From NCBI GenBank assembly GCA_009602735.1, contig WELA01002708.1:248001-300558 (forward strand): 52,558 bases of DNA, in the 5' to 3' direction. Source of the stretch: Mesotaenium endlicherianum (taxonomy: Eukaryota). The notes beneath the pieces are model-generated. The model did no database searches. It was not told the DNA's origin and saw only the letters and a program-made list of their open reading frames with translations. Positions 47,428-52,558 of this stretch are shown here, piece after piece (position 1 is the first letter of the stretch; every line of letters starts with the position of its first letter). Made by a program: the position numbers and the translations under genes.

Positions 47428-48714
47428 ATGGATTTACAGAGCATAAAGAACAGATTCGGTATCATTGGCAACTCCCCAGCCCTCAACTACGCCCTGAATA
47501 CAGCGGCGCAGGTAGCGGCTACCGATCTCACCGTGTTGATCGTAGGTGAAAGCGGCGTGGGTAAAGAAGTATTTTCACAGATCATACACGCATTATCTGC
47601 CCGCAAACACAACCCGTTCATAGCGGTGAACTGTGGTGCTATACCGGAGGGCACCATCGACTCGGAATTGTTTGGTCACGAGAAAGGCGCTTTCACGGGA
47701 GCGGTAGACAGCCGGAAAGGATATTTTGAGACCGTTAACGGGGGCACTATTTTCCTGGACGAGATCGGAGAAATGCCATTGGGCACGCAGGCCAGGCTGT
47801 TACGCGTATTGGAAACCGGCGAATTCATTCGTGTGGGATCATCTAAAGTACAGAAAACCGATGTGCGCGTTATTGCAGCTACCAACAGGGAATTATTGGA
47901 GTTCACACAAAAAGGAAGATTCAGGGAAGACCTCTATTATCGTTTGAGCACTGTACCCATCAGGGTGCCTGCATTGCGCGACAGGAAAGAAGACATTCCT
48001 TTACTCTTCAGAAAATTCGTGGTAGACTTTTCAGAAAAATACAAGACCGCACCAGTACAGCTCGACGACGATGCGAAAAACCTGTTAATTAACCATCCCT
48101 GGCAGGGCAATGTGCGTGAATTGAAGAATATTGCAGAGCAGATATCTGTACTCAGTACATCACCCATTATTACGGCAGTCGAATTGAGCAGGTTCCTGCC
48201 CAACCAGGATAAATTCAACCGGATGCCGGTGCTTGCCGGACATGCTGCATCAACCGGTGATTTCGCCAATGAAAGAGAGATCCTGTACAAACTATTTTTC
48301 GACATGAAGAAAGATGTTACGGAGCTGAAGAAAATGTTCCTTGAAATATTGCAGAACCCTTCACTGGCAGGCGCCGCTGCTAATTTCACCCGGGATTCAC
48401 TTATCCAGGAATACCACAACAATGGTGAGGCTCAATCCATCATCACTCCTCCTTCAATTGCTTCGCCGGCCAGTCCCGCTGCAACAACTTACTACCCATC
48501 AACACATGGATCACAGCCTGTACTACTGCACGATGAGAGTATTCATCAGCACGAAGAGGTAGAGGAATCGCTGAATATCATGGACAAGGAAAAAGAACTG
48601 ATCGTGAAAGCGCTGAAGAAACACAAGGGAAAGAGAAGGGACGCCTCGCTCGACCTGGGTATCAGCGAAAGAACGCTTTACAGGAAACTGAAAGAATATG
48701 ACATTGATGAATAG
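47428..48714 (+). CDS. Sigma-54-dependent AAA+ activator with Fis-type HTH and no N-terminal sensor domain
   Basis: GESGVGKE, SELFGHEKGAFTGA, FLDEIGE, FREDLYYRL, WQGNVREL, LGISERTLYRKL. Confidence 0.93.
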   Translation: MDLQSIKNRFGIIGNSPALNYALNTAAQVAATDLTVLIVGESGVGKEVFSQIIHALSARKHNPFIAVNCGAIPEGTIDSELFGHEKGAFTGAVDSRKGYFETVNGGTIFLDEIGEMPLGTQARLLRVLETGEFIRVGSSKVQKTDVRVIAATNRELLEFTQKGRFREDLYYRLSTVPIRVPALRDRKEDIPLLFRKFVVDFSEKYKTAPVQLDDDAKNLLINHPWQGNVRELKNIAEQISVLSTSPIITAVELSRFLPNQDKFNRMPVLAGHAASTGDFANEREILYKLFFDMKKDVTELKKMFLEILQNPSLAGAAANFTRDSLIQEYHNNGEAQSIITPPSIASPASPAATTYYPSTHGSQPVLLHDESIHQHEEVEESLNIMDKEKELIVKALKKHKGKRRDASLDLGISERTLYRKLKEYDIDE

Positions 48715-49216
48715 TATTAAAAGTCGAATTGTTGTCTGCCTCTTATTATTGTTTTTGATGAGTGGATGCGGGGTGTATTCTTTTAAGGATGCTACCATTC
48801 CGGCCAATGTCAAAACCATCAAGATTGGCTTCATTGAAAACAAGGCACGTTATGTAAACCCGCAGGTAAGCCAGAAACTGACCGATAAGCTGCAGCAAAA
48901 GATCGTTGGAAGCACCAAACTCACCCGTACCAACAGCGACGATGCACATTATGTGCTCAACGGACAGATCACCAATTATGATCCTTCGCAGACCGTTGGT
49001 GTGAGCGCACAACAGCCTACGACCAACCGGTTGACCGTTACTGTTCACATGACATTGAGGAAGACACTGGAGAATACAACCGAAGAATTCGATGTAAGCA
49101 GAAGTTTCGACTATTCGGCCAACCTTACTTTGCAGCAGGCCGAAAGCGGATTGCTCGACGAGATCGTTCGCAGTATTACCGATGATATTTTTAACCGCAT
49201 TTTCTCCAACTGGTAA
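48707..49216 (+). CDS. lptE: LPS assembly lipoprotein LptE family
   Basis: Lipobox LMSGC, then GVYSF; C-terminal DIFNRIFSNW; typical gene neighbourhood. Confidence 0.8.
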   Translation: MNSIKSRIVVCLLLLFLMSGCGVYSFKDATIPANVKTIKIGFIENKARYVNPQVSQKLTDKLQQKIVGSTKLTRTNSDDAHYVLNGQITNYDPSQTVGVSAQQPTTNRLTVTVHMTLRKTLENTTEEFDVSRSFDYSANLTLQQAESGLLDEIVRSITDDIFNRIFSNW

Positions 49217-49237
49217 TCAAATTGTATTTTTAGTACT

Positions 49238-49960
49238 ATGAATGCTTCCCTGGAAAAGACCTTATTGCACCTGACCGGTAAAACCAACTTCAGTGAAGTA
49301 AGCGTAGCGCAACTGGAAGGGCTCGTTGCTGCCCATCCGTATTTCGCACCGGCGCAATTACTGCTGGCTGCCAAATTAAAAAATACACAACACCCCCAGG
49401 CGCTTGCCCAAAGCACTAAAACAGCTTTATACTTTACCAATCCATTTTGGCTGCAGCTCCAGTTGAGCAAAGATGCCCATGACGAACAAGTAACCAGTGT
49501 GGCGCCGGTGACCGCCAAGATATCTTCCCTGTTATCCGATCAGTTGGCGAGTTTTAAAAAGCCGCTGGAAGCAGATGCCAAACTCGATATAGAAGCAAAG
49601 CAGGAAAAATTGTATACCATTGATTATTTTGCTTCGCAAGGCATTAAAATCGATTTGGATGCGATTCCGCAGGACAAGCTGGTTTCCCAGATGCGTAAGT
49701 TTACTGACTGGCTCAAGCAAATGAAGCCCGCCGATACCAATATAGACCTGGGCGTATCGTCTAAACAGGAAAAAGACGTGATACAAAGCGCTGAGAGCTC
49801 TAACGAGCAACGCGAAGTGGTTACCGAAAGTATGGCAGAAGTGCTGGGAAAGCAGGGACAAACAGACAAAGCCATCCAACTCTATATTAAATTAAGTTTC
49901 TTAAATCCTGAAAAAACCGCTTATTTTGCGGCCAGGATACAACAATTAAAAGGTATATAA
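49238..49960 (+). CDS. Conserved hypothetical protein with a C-terminal TPR-like motif
   Basis: HPYF near the N-terminus; VVTESMAEVL.KQG...KAIQLY.KL...PEK..YFAARI at the C-terminus. Confidence 0.75.
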   Translation: MNASLEKTLLHLTGKTNFSEVSVAQLEGLVAAHPYFAPAQLLLAAKLKNTQHPQALAQSTKTALYFTNPFWLQLQLSKDAHDEQVTSVAPVTAKISSLLSDQLASFKKPLEADAKLDIEAKQEKLYTIDYFASQGIKIDLDAIPQDKLVSQMRKFTDWLKQMKPADTNIDLGVSSKQEKDVIQSAESSNEQREVVTESMAEVLGKQGQTDKAIQLYIKLSFLNPEKTAYFAARIQQLKGI

Positions 49961-49961
49961 A

Positions 49962-50318
49962 ATGATCATTCTGTTTTTGATTCTGATTGTAATAGCTTCT
50001 GTGGTGCTTGGTTTCATTGTGTTGGTGCAGAACCCCAAGGGAGGCGGACTTTCCGGCACTGTTGGCGGGTTCAGCAACCAGTTCATGGGTGTAAAGCAAA
50101 CGACCGACGTATTAGAAAAAGGCACCTGGATTTTTTCAGGCATCATTGCCCTGCTGGCGCTTTCTTCTACCCTTTTCCTGAAAGGCGGTACATCAGGTGG
50201 TGTTGATACTTCCATCATTCAGAAAGTGAATACTAGTACCAGCGCTCCTGCAGCACCGGCCAATACTGTTCCGGCTAATGCTGCTTCTGCGAAGCCTGCT
50301 GATTCTGCTAAAAAATAA
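49962..50318 (+). CDS. secG: Preprotein translocase subunit SecG
   Basis: VLVQNPKGGGLS, LEKGTW, two TM helices. Confidence 0.93.
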   Translation: MIILFLILIVIASVVLGFIVLVQNPKGGGLSGTVGGFSNQFMGVKQTTDVLEKGTWIFSGIIALLALSSTLFLKGGTSGGVDTSIIQKVNTSTSAPAAPANTVPANAASAKPADSAKK

Positions 50319-50344
50319 ATAATAGCTGATAAAAGATATTCCAG

Positions 50345-50375
50345 ACCCTGCCTGTGTATTCAGACAGGGTTTTTT
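50345..50375 (+). terminator. Rho-independent terminator after secG
   Basis: ACCCTGcCTG-tgtatt-CAGaCAGGGT followed by TTTTT. Confidence 0.75.
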
Positions 50376-50401
50376 AATTAATTTAAACACCGGAAGAGGG
50401 C

Positions 50402-51448
50402 ATGGTTATGAAAAAGATCCTTTTGATATTATTGCTTTTGTTCATTGTTACAGCAGGTATTTTTTCCTGGCAAAGCCTCACATCAGGCACCGGCTTTGAA
50501 GAAAAGAGCCGCTACCTGGTAGTGGAAGAAGGCAGGAATACACAAAAAGATGTGATACAAACGCTGCAGCAGGAGCACCTGGTCAAGCACCCGGGCACTT
50601 TTTCATTGCTGGCAACAACATGGGGTATATGGAATAAACTGAAGCCCGGCAAATATGAAATAAAAAAGGGTGATAACCTGTTCAGCATCGCACGCATGCT
50701 GAGAAACAACCGGCAGGCATCCATCAAACTGGTCATCAATAAACTGAGGGTGAAAGAAGACCTGGCACACCTGGTTGGTAAAAACTTCAATACAGATTCT
50801 GTTGCAGTAATGAATTTTCTGCAGTCGAACGACTCGCTCAAGCCTTTTGGAGTAGATACGAATACCGTATTTACCCTTATATTGCCCGATACGTATTCTT
50901 TTTATTGGAACACTTCTTTCAATAAAATATTGCGCAAGCTTGCCGATACCAGGAACGCTTTCTGGAGCCGCAATGACCGTATGCAAAAAGCCCGGCAACT
51001 TTCTTTCACCCCTGAAGAAGCATATACCCTGGCTTCCATTGTAGAAGAAGAAACCAATTTTGAATCCGACAAATCCAAGATCGCCGGTGTGTACATCAAC
51101 CGGCTGGGAAAAGATATGCCCTTGCAGGCATGCCCCACGATCAAATATGCCATGAAGGATTTTACACTCACCCGCATCTATGAAAAATACCTGGGCAATC
51201 CATCTCCTTATAATACGTACCGGAAGAAAGGATTGCCCCCCGGTCCGATCTGTACCCCATCGCCTAAAACCATCGACATTGTATTGAATGCACCGCGTAC
51301 AGATTATCTTTATTTTGTTGCCAAAAGTGATTTCAGCGGTTATCATCATTTCAGCAGCACGTATGAAGAGCATATGCAGTACGCCAGAGAATACCAGAAA
51401 GCATTGGATGCCTATATGGCCAAAAAACAAAACTCGCCTGAGCATTGA
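50402..51448 (+). CDS. mltG: Endolytic transglycosylase MltG (YceG family)
   Basis: N-terminal TM helix, LASIVEEET, IAGVYINRL, MPLQACPT, SPYNTY...GLPPGPI, YLYFVA. Confidence 0.95.
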   Translation: MVMKKILLILLLLFIVTAGIFSWQSLTSGTGFEEKSRYLVVEEGRNTQKDVIQTLQQEHLVKHPGTFSLLATTWGIWNKLKPGKYEIKKGDNLFSIARMLRNNRQASIKLVINKLRVKEDLAHLVGKNFNTDSVAVMNFLQSNDSLKPFGVDTNTVFTLILPDTYSFYWNTSFNKILRKLADTRNAFWSRNDRMQKARQLSFTPEEAYTLASIVEEETNFESDKSKIAGVYINRLGKDMPLQACPTIKYAMKDFTLTRIYEKYLGNPSPYNTYRKKGLPPGPICTPSPKTIDIVLNAPRTDYLYFVAKSDFSGYHHFSSTYEEHMQYAREYQKALDAYMAKKQNSPEH

Positions 51449-52386
51449 CAAAAATTGAACGACACATTGTTAACCTCGCTCCCATTGCCTGGCTCATCAA
51501 CAAGAGCAAGGCAATGGTCATTCCCGGGTTCCGGGGCCTTCCGTTATACGATGTGGTGCGTTTTTTCTTCCGGCAGATCAATAAAGTAGGCTTGAACGAA
51601 AGGGCCGCCGCCATTTCATTCAACTTTATCATGGCCATGCCGGCAGCACTCCTGTTTTTGTTTGCACTGGTGCCTTATTTCCCGGCTTCGGCCAGTTTTG
51701 AAATGGAAATACTCAAATTATTCAAAGACATTTCTCCCGACTCTGCCACTTATCGTTTCATCAAAGACATATTGGACGGACTGCTGGAAAAACACGTAGG
51801 CGTATTTTCTTTCGGTTTCATATTGCTTATCTTTTACGCTTCCAATGCCATCATCGGCATCATACGTACGTTCGACCGGTCGATACAGGAGCAGAAAGGT
51901 TTTTTCCTGTACCAGCGCTGGCGCGCTATCCGGCTCACCGGTATTCTTGTATTGCTGGTCATTGCTTCTGCATTGGTATTGATAGGACAGGAACAGCTCG
52001 CCGGCCTTCTTAAAAACCTCTTCCACATGCGCAGGAGGGCCAGGCTACCCTGGTGGAACGGGATCCGCTGGTTCATCATTACTGGCTTGCTCTTCTATTG
52101 CGTGGCGATGATCTATAAGTTCGCCCCCTCGGTAAAAAAGAGATGGCATTTGGTATCGCCTGGCTCTCTACTGGCCACCGCATTGATACTGGTTACCACC
52201 ATCGCATTTTCCTCGTGGGTAAGCCTGTTCGCGAGCTCCAATTACAACCGCGTTTACGGCTCCATTGGCACCGTGCTCATCCTGATGTTGCTGATTTACC
52301 TCAACTCATTGATCCTGCTCATTGGATTTGAATTAAATGTCAGTATTACCTACCTTACCCGTAAGGCCGAGGAAAGAAATACATGA
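51445..52386 (+). CDS. YihY/virulence factor BrkB family membrane protein
   Basis: RAAAISFNF, PGSLLAT, YNRVYGSIG...LLIGFELN; TTG start overlapping the mltG stop. Confidence 0.9.
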   Translation: MTKIERHIVNLAPIAWLINKSKAMVIPGFRGLPLYDVVRFFFRQINKVGLNERAAAISFNFIMAMPAALLFLFALVPYFPASASFEMEILKLFKDISPDSATYRFIKDILDGLLEKHVGVFSFGFILLIFYASNAIIGIIRTFDRSIQEQKGFFLYQRWRAIRLTGILVLLVIASALVLIGQEQLAGLLKNLFHMRRRARLPWWNGIRWFIITGLLFYCVAMIYKFAPSVKKRWHLVSPGSLLATALILVTTIAFSSWVSLFASSNYNRVYGSIGTVLILMLLIYLNSLILLIGFELNVSITYLTRKAEERNT

Positions 52387-52558
52387 AAAATACATGACAG
52401 TTGCAATATGATGCAGCCTTAGTCCCTTAAGAATAATTTTCCTGATTTTTTATGGATTCGGTACAACTCCTATACAAAAGGGAGGCCGTCTCAATACAAT
52501 AATTGAGGCGGCTTTTCATTTTGAGAGGAGAGCGGGCATTTAAAGCTGGGATTAGATT

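Noticed and set aside
3041..52331. Numerous short antisense or alternate-frame ORFs nested in long genes (e.g. 12015-12602, 29782-30387, 50603-51451), including possible immunity genes
   Set aside because: They overlap well-supported CDSs almost entirely, lack motifs and read like shadow frames.

Overview
Bacteroidota DNA, most consistent with Chitinophagaceae (TAnnTTTG -7 promoter elements, DUF4199/DUF3078-type genes, miaB-sigma54 activator-lptE-secG order). A tRNA-Pro(GGG) gene at 27339-27412 divides the window. The right half (27.5-52.4 kb) is mostly housekeeping: a degenerate pyrC-like gene, glycosyltransferases, gmhA/gmhB, lepA, tpiA, pyrE, purK, miaB, lptE, secG and mltG, plus a small TPR-kinase/NarL regulator/lipoprotein islet. 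The left half is accessory and holds the best candidate for an undescribed system: a tightly packed 23.8 kb six-gene operon (2868-26671). It encodes (1) a protein with a C-terminal Hint domain that ends in GD rather than HN, (2) an FN3-like repeat protein ending in a ThiS-like beta-grasp domain without GG, (3) a 1234-aa beta-rich unknown, (4-5) two tandem ComEC-type metallo-beta-lactamase-fold paralogs with a hypervariable patch, and (6) a 3972-aa protein with a long beta-rich N-terminus and two arrays of LysM-like repeats. None of the six shows a signal peptide or a T9SS C-terminal domain. Divergently transcribed from the operon is a four-gene signalling module: NarL regulator, CPPxC protein, multi-TM protein and the start of a probable histidine kinase. 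All domain calls come from reading motifs by eye; no searches were run.
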